Positions 1 to 26,991 of a stretch of 64,000 nt of DNA are shown here, in pieces. Position numbers and translations under genes: made by a program. The stretch lies in NCBI GenBank assembly GCA_002269645.1, contig NIVC01000736.1:248001-312000 (forward strand), in the 5' to 3' direction. Position 1 is the stretch's first letter. Every line of letters begins with the position of its first letter. Origin of the DNA: Macrostomum lignano (taxonomy: Eukaryota). The notes under the pieces are model-generated. The model saw nothing but the letters and a program-made list of their open reading frames with translations. It made no database searches and had not been told where the DNA came from.

Positions 1-200
1 AGGGGTGCTGGGTTTGAGGGGTGCTGTGTTTACGGGGTGCTGGGTTTGAGGGATGCTGGGTTTGAGGGGTGCTGGGTTTGAGGGTGCTGGGTTTGAGGGG
101 TGCTGGGTTTGAGGGATGCTGGGTTTGAGGGGTGCTGGGTTTGAAGAGTGCTGTATTTGAGGTGTTATGGGTTTGAGGGGTGATGGGTTTGAGGGATGCT
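1..200. repeat. ~17-bp minisatellite (GGGTGCTGGGTTTGAGG)n, continues beyond the window
   Basis: Direct reading; reverse complement of the 1497-2873 array. Confidence 0.95.
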
Positions 201-242
201 GATTCGTCAAATGAGTCTCTATGTTGAGTTCTGAATATTCAA

Positions 243-16625
<16,383 letters not shown>

Positions 16626-16653
16626 TGCGGGATAATCAGAGAAGTGAATCCGA

Positions 16654-16924
16654 CCTCAGGGATACTCAGAGCCACAGGGGAACTCAGAGCCGCAGGGGAA
16701 CTCAGAGCCACAGGGACACTCAGAGCCACAGGGAAACTCAGAGCCACAGGGGAACTCAGAGCCACAGGGGAACTCAGAGCCACAGGGACACTCAGAGCCG
16801 CAGGGGAACTCAGAGCCACAGGGGAACTCAGAGCCACAGGGGAACTCAGAGCCACAGGGACACTCAGAGCCGCAGGGGAACTCAGAGCCACAGGGGAACT
16901 CAGAGCCACAGGGGAACTCAGAGC
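16654..16924. repeat. 18-bp minisatellite (CTCAGAGCCACAGGGGAA)n
   Basis: Direct reading. Confidence 0.95.
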
Positions 16925-17431
16925 GTCAGCGCCAGCTTTTCTGCTTTTATCCGTTGTCTTTCTCAGGCTCGGGTTTGCTTGGCAGGCTGGGCTGGCAGTG
17001 AGGCGAGCAGACGGGAACCCTCACTGTATTGACACCCCCTGCAGACCCGGCTGTCTCCAACGGCCTCGGCGGGCCAATCAGATCTTCTCTACAGCCATGA
17101 AAGACAAAAGAGAAATTTGAGGAGTGAAACTTGATCCGGCCGACCCAAAGCTGGGAGGCTGTTGAAGATTTAGATTGACAAAAGCAGAAAAGAACAAGAT
17201 TGAGCTCTCGAGTTTTGACAAATGTTAAATAGAGCTGCTTGGAGAAGTGGAGTCTGGGCACCAAGCTTTCGGTCTGCATCTGGGCTCAACTCTCAGCATG
17301 GTTATTGAGGCTGATTGAAAAGTATACAGTGGTACTGAATGCATTACACTTCGGCACCTTAGCTGGATACACGAGTTCAAATTACTTCTGAAGGCCACCT
17401 GCGGTTCAATAATTTGGTCGATGTTTTACGT

Positions 17432-17600
17432 TTCATTTGAAGGGCGCCATTTCATTTTGAGGGTGCCATTTCATTTAATCGGCGCCATTTCATTTGATGA
17501 CTTCCACCCTTCCACTTCCAGCTTCCACCCTTCAGCTTCCACCCTTCAGCTTCCACCCTTCAGCTTCCACCCTTCAGGAGATGCCAGGCACCCTTCAGCT
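17432..17600. repeat. Three GCGCCATTTCATTT copies followed by a 14-bp (CTTCCACCCTTCAG)n run
   Basis: Direct reading. Confidence 0.8.
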
Positions 17601-18210
17601 GAGGAAAATTTCTTCCATTTTTGGCCCTAGCAAATCTGGCCCGGATGCTGCAGAACCGAGTTGTTGGTCGAGTTTAAGCAAAACTGATACCCGAAGCGGT
17701 CCTGAGAAACACTTGAAACGCATTCAAATGAGTACGCAGGGAACGGTGAGCAGGGGGGATTGAAGCCAGCCTGCCACTGCCAAGAATTCAGCACCTTAAC
17801 TCTGTCAGCTCAGGCGGTAATCAATCAATTAACAGATGCGCACCCAGGCGAATAGGGGGCATTCATGTCTTCCATGAACAAGGCTTCCTTAGAGCCTGCG
17901 ACGGTAGACTGAGTCGGGACAGAGCTGCTGGGAAAAGATCAGGTGCCAAGGCAACCGACCTCGTGTTCCCCTGCTGTGAGACGACTGACAAACACCGAAA
18001 GACCGACTGCGGCAGGCAGGGGAGGGGAGGCCTGTTAGCGACAATGAGGTCTGACAGTTTACACTCGGCTAGACAGACAGAGAGGCAGGCACCGAGACAG
18101 GCAGGCAGACAGTGCAGCACTAAGACAGAGGGAGCAGACAGCTGTTGCATCATCTGTTCAGCTACTTGACTTTCTCTGAGCTGAAGGTGTCCGGAAACAA
18201 GTGCTTGGCG

Positions 18211-18361
18211 GCCCAGTTCGACTCGGACACTCGCCAGTGCTCGCTCTTCCAATACACCGCAGTGTGCCACCTCATCTCACAGAGCCGCCAAGTTCCTCAC
18301 CTTGAGCAGGAAGCTCATGCTGGGTGTGGGCTCGAAGCTGAGGGCCGCCTGGGTGATGAGC
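18211..18361 (+). pseudogene. Partial, internally deleted duplicate of the PAN/LamG gene at 19.3-20.3 kb
   Basis: Near-identical to about 19511-19714, except that 59 nt (19576-19634) are replaced by 3 nt, which shifts the frame. Confidence 0.75.
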
Positions 18362-19284
18362 CTTGAATATGATAATGGTGTCTCACTGTGAAGTTCAGAA
18401 GAGTTCATAATTCCACCTGGAAGACAAAACAAACATACGCGCAGTAGGCACAGCGTGCTCAATGCTCAGCAAACTGAGGACTCAGAAATGAGCAATGCAC
18501 TCCACTAGTGCTTAGGAAGAATTTTAGAAAGCATTGCTACTATGGCAGAAAGGTGGCAGACATTCACAAATACTCGGAGTATTTTTAACAGGTGTATCAG
18601 CGATTGAATTCGAAGACTTTTGCGGTCAACCCTGAAAACTCAAGAAAAAAGAAGAAACCCACAGAAGCAGATTGGCTCTGGTGCGCTGCAGATTCAGCAT
18701 TTTGTAGGAAAGCGTAGATCAAGCTAAACCCAGTAAAGAAAGACAGTCAGTTAGTACTAGCAGTAGTGCAATTGATGATTGCTTGACTCAGAAAAATTCA
18801 TATAAGCCATTTCACTTCTTTGTTCCAAACCTGCCGCTTGGTGATGCTGGGAGTCCAGCGGGCCCCGACCCCTCCCTCTCGCCCCTTATCTATCTCCCTC
18901 TGCGAATTCACTGCCGCTCGTTCTCGCTCCGGCCCTCCCGCTCCCAGCTGGGCAGTCTGTCTCCATTGATTGTGGTTGCCAAGGTGCCGCTTCTGAAGCT
19001 GACTTAGGGTTCTCTAACCCTGCTCTCCGCGTCTCAGGCAAATCCTCAGCTCCGGGCGAACCTAATCGGCCCAGGTAAACTGCTCCGGCACTGCCCGGCG
19101 TCCTGCTTAAAAGCCGGACACGGAACGCCAATTTGAAAGGTAAAGAACAATAAAGTCGTGCCAAGCCAAGGATCCAAAAACTGCCTGATTCAAGCATTCA
19201 AAAGGAAGTATGCTGCCAAACATTCGAAATTCAGGTGAGCACAGATGCCGGTGCATAGAACACATTTCTGTACTTTTGAAATAG

Positions 19285-20325
19285 CGAACTCAGCTCCATC
19301 CGGCCATTGCTGACCTTCCAGCCCGCGCTCTGCTCGCCGTCCTCCTGGCCTGCCTGGCAGCTCGGCCAGCCGGTTGCGGTTGCCGCCTTCCGTGGCACCG
19401 CCTGGAGACGCAGAGCTGCCTGAGCATCTCACTGGCGCTGTGGACGAGACCGTCGGGCTCCGACCTCGACTGCGTGCTCGAAGCTGAGCGCTCGACTGGC
19501 CTGCAGGTGGCCCAGTTCGACTCGGACACTCGCCAGTGCTCGCTCTTCCAGTACACCGCAGTGTGCCACCTCATCGATGGACTCGCTGCTGCAGAGAGCT
19601 CGCAGCCCCGCCGCTGTGCCGCATTCGCCAATGCCAGAGCCGCCAAGTTCCTCACCTTGAGCAGGAAGCTCATGCTGGGTGTGGGCTCGAAGCTGAGGGC
19701 CGCCTGGGTGATGAGCGACGATGTGGACGCCAGCAGGAGCAACTTGGTGTGCGGCCAGACGCAGCAGTGGATGTCGGAGAATGTGGAGTGGAGCAGCGAG
19801 GGAGCCAAGCTCGACGGAGTGTCGTCCAAGATGTGGCTGGAGAACGTGAAGTTCGCGAGCGTGCAGCAGGAACTCACGTGGCTCGTCAGGCTCAAGCGGG
19901 AGATCAGGGAAGCAACAATTTTGGAGAGCTACGACTGCACCACCAAGGGGCCTGGAGTCGCCTTCTGGGACGGCTCGCCAACTACAAGAGGCCTGTACGG
20001 CTCCAGGGTCGCGTTGAATTTTTCTTCTTACAGAACCGCACCGGAAACGAACTCGTTTGGCCCGAACTCGTTCGTGGAAGTCGGCCTGACGTCAGCGTCT
20101 CTCTCGAGCCGAACATTTTTCTCCAACGGAGGCTTCGTGCCGCCAGGGCAGGTGACTGTGGCGGCCTCATATTCTGCATCAAGCATTCCCAACTGCACCT
20201 GCCTGAGACTGGGATTTCGACATGGCAACTCGCAGATGCTGAAAGGCACGGTGCAGGCGGTGGCCGTCATGAACGACTCAATGACCGAGGCTGAGATAAA
20301 ACTTGCATTTGGTTTGTTTCCATGA
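19285..20325 (+). CDS. Secreted protein with a PAN/Apple-like Cys module and a C-terminal ConA/LamG-like domain (5' exon not identified)
   Basis: The frame of ORF 19474-20325 stays open upstream through a hydrophobic signal-like stretch (ALLAVLLACLAARPAG) and CRLPWHRLETQSCL. It contains AQFDSDTRQCSLF and ends with LKGTVQAVAVMNDSMTEAEI, a LamG-like terminus. No in-frame ATG; an acceptor tag lies at about 19284. Confidence 0.6.
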   Translation, partial: RTQLHPAIADLPARALLAVLLACLAARPAGCGCRLPWHRLETQSCLSISLALWTRPSGSDLDCVLEAERSTGLQVAQFDSDTRQCSLFQYTAVCHLIDGLAAAESSQPRRCAAFANARAAKFLTLSRKLMLGVGSKLRAAWVMSDDVDASRSNLVCGQTQQWMSENVEWSSEGAKLDGVSSKMWLENVKFASVQQELTWLVRLKREIREATILESYDCTTKGPGVAFWDGSPTTRGLYGSRVALNFSSYRTAPETNSFGPNSFVEVGLTSASLSSRTFFSNGGFVPPGQVTVAASYSASSIPNCTCLRLGFRHGNSQMLKGTVQAVAVMNDSMTEAEIKLAFGLFP

Positions 20326-21202
20326 CAACGGTACTCATCGGCTCTGTGCTGTCGTTGCAATCCAAAAATTTGCCTACTCGATATATTACTGCGTTGAAAA
20401 ACAACTTGAAAAACTGACTCATCTGGAAAGAAGTTAAAAGTCCGCGTTTAACCTTTGCTTGTGAATCGAGATCTAATCGTGCAGCTCACGCCGCTTTTTG
20501 GAAAATCAGCATCATGTGGTAGAAAAACTTGAGATCTGAGTCAACTGACAGCTCAGCCTAACTTATCCAGCAAATTTTATCCATTAAACTGATAAACTGA
20601 AGTCATAAAAGCCGATTTTTTCAGGCGATAAATTCCCTACATTTGGCAACTCAAGACCCACCGGACAAAAGTTGGTTAAACTTTTTCAATAAAGTTCAAG
20701 TTAAGTTCCAAAGTTCTTTACTATGCTTTTCTCTTGATTACGTACCCTCACATTTGCAAATATTTAACCACAGGAAAATAACTTTAGAACGACAGCAATA
20801 CTCGTACAGCACAAATTAGTTATTATTTACGAAAAAATTTGTTATACTGAATTACATTTTTCTTCCGGAATTTTTCGTAAAGTGAAACAGCAATAAATAC
20901 ACTTCAAGAAAAGAATTATTCAACAGCTATCGTTTTCTTCTACTGATAAACCAAATCAAACAACAAACCAACCCGAAAACGAACCACCGCCTTCGGGTTT
21001 GCCTCATTTATTTGAAAACCATCTGCATTCATTAATACATTATTTGGGCGCAATTCCATCCATGCGGTTGTTCAAGTTTTGTACTAGTTAACATAATGTT
21101 AATTACGTTTTAGGTGTGGCAGGTTTAATCCAACTCTAGACACAAATCCACTCTCTCCTCACCAGCCTAAGTTGGGGCCTTGTGATGCAACTTGCATCAC
21201 TC

Positions 21203-21611
21203 ACAACAACAACAGAATACGCAGTTAGCGTCACAGGGCCCGCCTCAAGGCCAAGTCGCGAATGAACGATAGGCCGCCGGCCGAATCCGGGGCGCCGGCG
21301 TCAGCCAGCAGGCAGTCGACGAAACGCTGAGTGCGCGCCTGCCCCCGCCGGTAGGGTGCCTGCAGCGTTAGCAGCAGCACCTCCTGCACCGGCTCAGGGC
21401 AGTACGACTCGGTGCGGATGATGTGGCCTGCCAGCTCGAGTCGCCGACGGCGCAACAGGACGCTTGGACGGAACAGGCCGGCGCGGTGACACAAAGCCGC
21501 GTTGGTCACTCGCTCTAGTCGATCTTGAAGGCGGCGCGCAGCAGGCTAGCGTGCGCCGCGTCAACTTGTTGCTCCAGTGACTACATGTACGTCAGCGTCC
21601 AGGTCTCGGCG
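21203..21611 (-). mobile_element. 3' fragment of an RTE-type non-LTR retrotransposon
   Basis: LLRRRRLELAGHIIRTESYCPEPVQEVLLLTL is nearly the same as the element at 58.4-58.8 kb; short (TTG)n tail at about 21203-21213. Confidence 0.8.
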
Positions 21612-21877
21612 TTTAAGCAAGGCGGCAACTGCCAACTAGACAGCGACTTTCTTTTATATTTGTCATTTGACCTACGAGTACATGAATATTAAATACTCTA
21701 AGAACAAATAAAGGGTACCGTAGGGGAAGGTGACGTGAAGTAGCGCGATCAGCGTACGCATTGATTATTGATTGAGAAAAATAGAGGGGTGGGGCAGACT
21801 GGAAGGGTTGTGGCGGGGCACGAGAGCGAAAAGGGCACGATTGCGCAACACCTGATTCTGAACTGTGAAGGTTAAAA

Positions 21878-24673
21878 GTTAATTCCAGTTGCTCTAACCC
21901 CAGTTGCTTTAATCCCAGTTGCTTTAATCCCAGCTGCTTTAATCCCAGTTGCTTTAATCTCAGTTGCTTTAATCTCAGCTGCTTTAATCTCAGCTGCTTT
22001 AATCCCAGTTGCTTTAATCCCAGTTGCTTTAATTCCAGTTGCTTTAATCTCAGCTGTTTTAATCTCAGCTGCTTTAATCCCAGCTGCTTTAATTCCAGTT
22101 GCTTTAATCTCAACTGCTTTAATCTCAGCTGCTTTAATCTCAGCTGCTTTAATCCCAGTTGCTTTAATTTCAGTTGCTTTAATCCCAGTTGCTTTAATCT
22201 CAGCTGTTTTAATCTCAGCTGCTTTAATCTCAGCTGCTTTAATCTCAGCTGCTTTAATCTCAGCTGCTTTAATCTCAGCTGCTTTAATCTCAGTTGCTTT
22301 AATCTCAGCTGCTTTAATCTCAGCTGCTTTAATCTCAGTTGCTTTAATCCCAGTTGCTTTAATCCCAGCTGCTTTAATTCCAGTTGCTTTAATCTCAGCT
22401 GTTTTAATCTCAGCTGCTTTAATCCCAGCTGCTTTAATTCCAGTTGCTTTAATCCCAGTTGCTTTAATCCCAGCTGCTTTAATTCCAGTTGCTTTAATCT
22501 CAACTGCTTTAATCTCAGCTGCTTTAATCTCAGCTGCTTTAATCCCAGTTGCTTTAATCTCAGTTGCTTTAATCCCAGTTGCTTTAATCCCAGCTGCTTT
22601 AATTCCAGTTGCTTTAATCCCAGTTGCTTTAATCTCAGCTGCTTTATTCCCAGTTGCTTTAATCCCAGTTGCTTTAATCTCAGTTGCTTTAATCCCAGTT
22701 GCTTTAATCCCAGCTGCTTTAATTCCAGTTGCTTTAATCTCAGCTGTTTTAATCTCAGCTGCTTTAATCCCAGCTGCTTTAATTCCAGTTGCTTTAATCT
22801 CAACTGCTTTAATCTCAGCTGCTTTAATCCCAGTTGCTTTAATCTCAGTTGCTTTAATCCCAGTTGCTTTAATCCCAGCTGCTTTAATTCCAGTTGCTTT
22901 AATCTCAGCTGTTTTAATCTCAGCTGCTTTAATCCCAGCTGCTTTAATTCCAGTTGCTTTAATCTCAACTGCTTTAATCTCAGCTGCTTTAATCCCAGCT
23001 GCTTTAATCCCAGCTGCTTTAATCCCAGTTGCTTTAATGCCAGTTGCTTTAATCTCAGCTGCTTTAATCCCAGCTGCTTTAATCCCAGTTGCTTTAATCC
23101 CAGTTGCTTTAATCCCAGCTGCTTTAATCCCAGCTGCTTTAATCTCAGTTGCTTTAATCTCCACTGCTTTAATCTCAGCTGCTTTAATCTCAGCTGCTTT
23201 AATCCCAGTTGCTTTAATCCCAGCTGCTTTAATCCCAGCTGCTTTAATCCCAGCTGCTTTAATCCCAGCTGCTTTAATCCCAGTTGCTTTAATGCCAGTT
23301 GCTTTAATCTCAGCTGCTTTAATCTCAGCTGTTTTAATCTCAGCTGCTTTAATCCCAGTTGCTGTAATCTCAGCTGCTTTAATCTCAGCTGCTTTAATCC
23401 CAGTTGCTTTAATCTCAGCTGTTTTAATCCCAGTTGCTTTAATCCCAGTTGCTTTAATCTCAACAGCTTTAATCTCAGCTGCTTTAATCTCAGCTGCTTT
23501 AATCCCAGTTGCTTTAATCTCAACTGCTTTAATCCCAGTTGCTTTAATCTCAACTGCTTTAATCCCAGTTGCTTTAATCCCAGCTGCTTTAATCTCAGCT
23601 GTTTTAATCTCAGCTGCTTTAATCCCAGTTGCTTTAATCCCAGTTGCTTTAATCCCAGTTGCTTTAATCCCAGCTGCTTTAATCCCAGCTGCTTTAATCT
23701 CAGTTGCTTTAATCTCAACTGCTTTAATCCCAGTTGCTTTAATCTCAACTGCTTTAATCTCAGCTGCTTTAATCTCAGCTGCTTTAATCTCAGCTGCTTT
23801 AATCCCAGTTGCTTTAATTCCAGTTGCTTTAATCCCAGCTGCTTTAATCTCAGCTGCTTTAATCCCAGTTGCTTTAATCCCAGTTGCTTTAATCCCAGTT
23901 GCTTTAATCCCAGTTGCTTTAATCCCAGTTGCTTTAATCCCAGTTGCTTTAATCCCAGCTGCTTTAATCTCAGTTGCTTTAATCTCAACTGCTTTAATCC
24001 CAGTTGCTTTAATCTCAACTGCTTTAATCTCAGCTGCTTTAATCTCAGCTGCTTTAATCCCAGTTGCTTTAATCTCAGCTGCTTTAATCCCAGCTGCTTT
24101 AATCTCAGCTGCTTTAATCTCAGCTGCTTTAATCCCAGTTGCTTTAATCCCAGTTGCTTTAATCCCAGTTGCTTTAATCTCAGCTGCTTTAATCCCAGTT
24201 GGTTTAATCCCAGCTGTTTTAATCTCAGCTGCTTTAATCTCAGCTGTTTTAATCTCAGCTGCTTTAATCCCAGTTGCTTTAATCCCAGTTGCTTTAATCC
24301 CAGCTGCTTTAATCCCAGCTGCTTTAATCTCAGCTGCTTTAATCCCAGTTGCTTTAATCCCAGCTGCTTTAATCCCAGTTGCTTTAATCCCAGTTGCTTT
24401 AATCTCAGCTGTTTTAATCTCAGCTGCTTTAATCCCAGCTGCTTTAATCCCAGCTGCTTTAATCTCAGCTGCTTTAATCCCAGTTGCTTTAATCCCAGCT
24501 GCTTTAATCCCAGTTGCTTTAATCCCAGCTGCTTTAATCCCAGTTGCTTTAATCTCAGCTGTTTTAATCTCAGCTGCTTTAATCCCAGCTGCTTTAATTC
24601 CAGTTGCTTTAATCCCAGTTGCTTTAATCCCAGCTGCTTTAATCTCAGCTGTTTTAATCTCAGCTGCTTTAAT
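21878..24673. repeat. 15-bp satellite (TTAATCYCAGYTGCT)n, about 2.8 kb
   Basis: Direct reading; variation confined to a few positions. Confidence 0.97.
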
Positions 24674-25075
24674 CCTTCGGAGTCTGCAAGCGGGCTCGGA
24701 TCTCCTTCGAAGAATACCGACGAAGTTGTGGGACCTCCGGCTCCGGGGCATGGTCAGGTCAGGAAATTATCATCATAATATTGTGTAGTGACCCTCTCTT
24801 AGCCAGTTAACAATGCTCATCCAAGCATAAATGGTAGTAAAAATCGCTAACAGCGTCAGTAATTTTTTTCTATTTCAAGACATTTTCCACATGCGAAAGT
24901 TTGCACTGCAGCTCGAATATTTCGTCATGCGCACCATATCGGGGCAAAAATACTAAGCTTTCGGTAAATACAAAGAGTTTTTCGTCAGTCCTATTACTGC
25001 GCATAAAATTCTAATAAAAAAACTGGAGATTCGCTCAGATTCAAAGTAGCCATTCTACGATTAGAAAGTCGTGCA

Positions 25076-26155
25076 CCTGTAATCTGTCCTGTACCTGTAA
25101 TCTGTCCTGTACCTGTAACTGTAATCTGTCCTGTACCTGCTAATCTGTCCTGTACCTGTAATCTGTCCTGTACCTGTAACTGTAATCTGTCCTGTACCTG
25201 CTAATCTGTCCTGTACCTGTAATCTGTCCTGTACCTGTAATCTGTCCTGTACCTGTAATCTGTCCTGTACCTGTAATCTGTCCTGTACCTGTAATCTGTC
25301 CTGTACCTGTAATCTGTCCTGTACCTGTACCTGCTAATCTGTCCTGTACCTGTAATCTGTCCTGTAACTGTAATCTGTCCTGTACCTGCTAATCTGTCCT
25401 GTACCTGTAATCTGTCCTGTACCTGTAATCTGTCTTGTACCTGTAATCTGTCCTGTACCTGTAATCTGTCCTGTACCTGTAATCTGTCCTGTACCTGTAA
25501 TCTGTCCTGTACCTGTAACTGTAATCTGTCCTGTACCTGCTAATCTGTCCTGTACCTGTAATCTGTCCTGTACCTGTAATCTGTCCTGTACCTGTAACTG
25601 TAATCTGTCCTGTACCTGCTAATCTGTCCTGTACCTGTAATCTGTCCTGTACCTGTAATCTGTCCTGTACCTGTAATCTGTCCTGTACCTGTAATCTGTC
25701 CTGTACCTGTAATCTGTCCTGTACCTGTAATCTGTCCTGTACCTGTAATCTGTCCTGTACCTGTACCTGCTAATCTGTCCTGTACCTGTAATCTGTCCTG
25801 TAACTGTAATCTGTCCTGTACCTGCTAATCTGTCCTGTACCTGTAATCTGTCCTGTAACTGTAATCTGTCCTGTACCTGCTAATCTGTCCTGTACCTGTA
25901 ATCTGTCCTGTACCTGTAATCTGTCTTGTACCTGTAATCTGTCCTGTACCTGTAATCTGTCCTGTACCTGTAATCTGTCCTGTACCTGTAATCTTTCCTG
26001 TATCTGTAATCTGTCCTGTATCTGTAATCTGTCCTGTACCTGTAATCTGTCCTGTACCTGTAATCTGTCCTGTACCTGTAATCTGTCCTGTACCTGTAAT
26101 CTGTCCTGTACCTGTAATCTGTCCTGTACCTGTAATCTGTCCTGTACCTGTAATC
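25076..26155. repeat. 18-bp minisatellite (CCTGTAATCTGTCCTGTA)n
   Basis: Direct reading. Confidence 0.96.
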
Positions 26156-26639
26156 CACAAGCAAAAACAGAAACAGGCAAAGCGGCCAAGAAGCTCATTT
26201 AGTGAGGAAACGAATTCCGCAGACCGGAAGGCCAGGTGCTCATATTCAGTGTATTTTTGAGTAAAATCAGAGAGCCTCAAAAACTGGGCTAACAGAAAAA
26301 GAAGATTTCTGTAAAAGTGTTAATGGGGGAAATATTACAGCAAGCAAAGCAGAGGCAGCGCAGATTTACAGGTGGAAGTTGGTCTCAAGCAGAAGAACCA
26401 TACGGAACAGAAGGCCAAAAGCAAATGGACAGACAGGCCCAGAGCCGTCCCTATTGAACTGCCGGCCGCGAATGAAAAGCGAGACATTTTAATTGCAATT
26501 AAAACAGAACGGCAATTTCACCTGTGTTGTGCATGCAATTAATAAACTAAGGCTGCGGGGAGACACAGGAATAAGGCTGAGAGCAACGTTTAGGATAAAT
26601 ATAGGTCTCAGGGATTCTGATAGGATCTTGTCAGATTTC

Positions 26640-26975
26640 AATATCTGACATGTCAGATTCCAATCAGATCATGTCAGACTCCAATCAGATCATGTCAGAC
26701 TCCAATCAGATCCTGTCAGACTCCAATCAGATCCTGTCAGACTCCAATTAGTTCCTGTCAGATTCCAATCAGATCATGTCAGACTCCAATCAGATCCTGT
26801 CAGACTCCAATTAGTTCCTGTCAGAATCCAATCAGATCTTGTCAGATTCCAAAATCTGACATGTCAGATTCCAATCAGATCTTGTCAGATTCCAATCAGA
26901 TCTTGTCAGATTCCAATCAGATCTTGTCAGATTCCAATCAGATCTTGTCAGATTCCAATCAGATCTTGTCAGATT
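26640..26975. repeat. 21-bp minisatellite (TGTCAGATTCCAATCAGATCT)n with ATCTGACATGTCAGAT palindromes
   Basis: Direct reading. Confidence 0.92.
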
Positions 26976-26991
26976 TCAAGCAGATCCAGCA

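Noticed and set aside
1-200. Telomere-like G-rich repeat at the window edge
   Set aside because: The unit is about 17 bp rather than TTAGGG, and the same unit occurs internally at 1497-2873.
18842-19200. Possible solo LTR (TG...CA, AATAAA near the end)
   Set aside because: No target-site duplication and no second copy in the window.
21613-24788. 801, 959 and 583-aa pentapeptide ORFs
   Set aside because: A 15-bp satellite is open in several frames because its unit is a multiple of 3; no non-repetitive domain or splice support.
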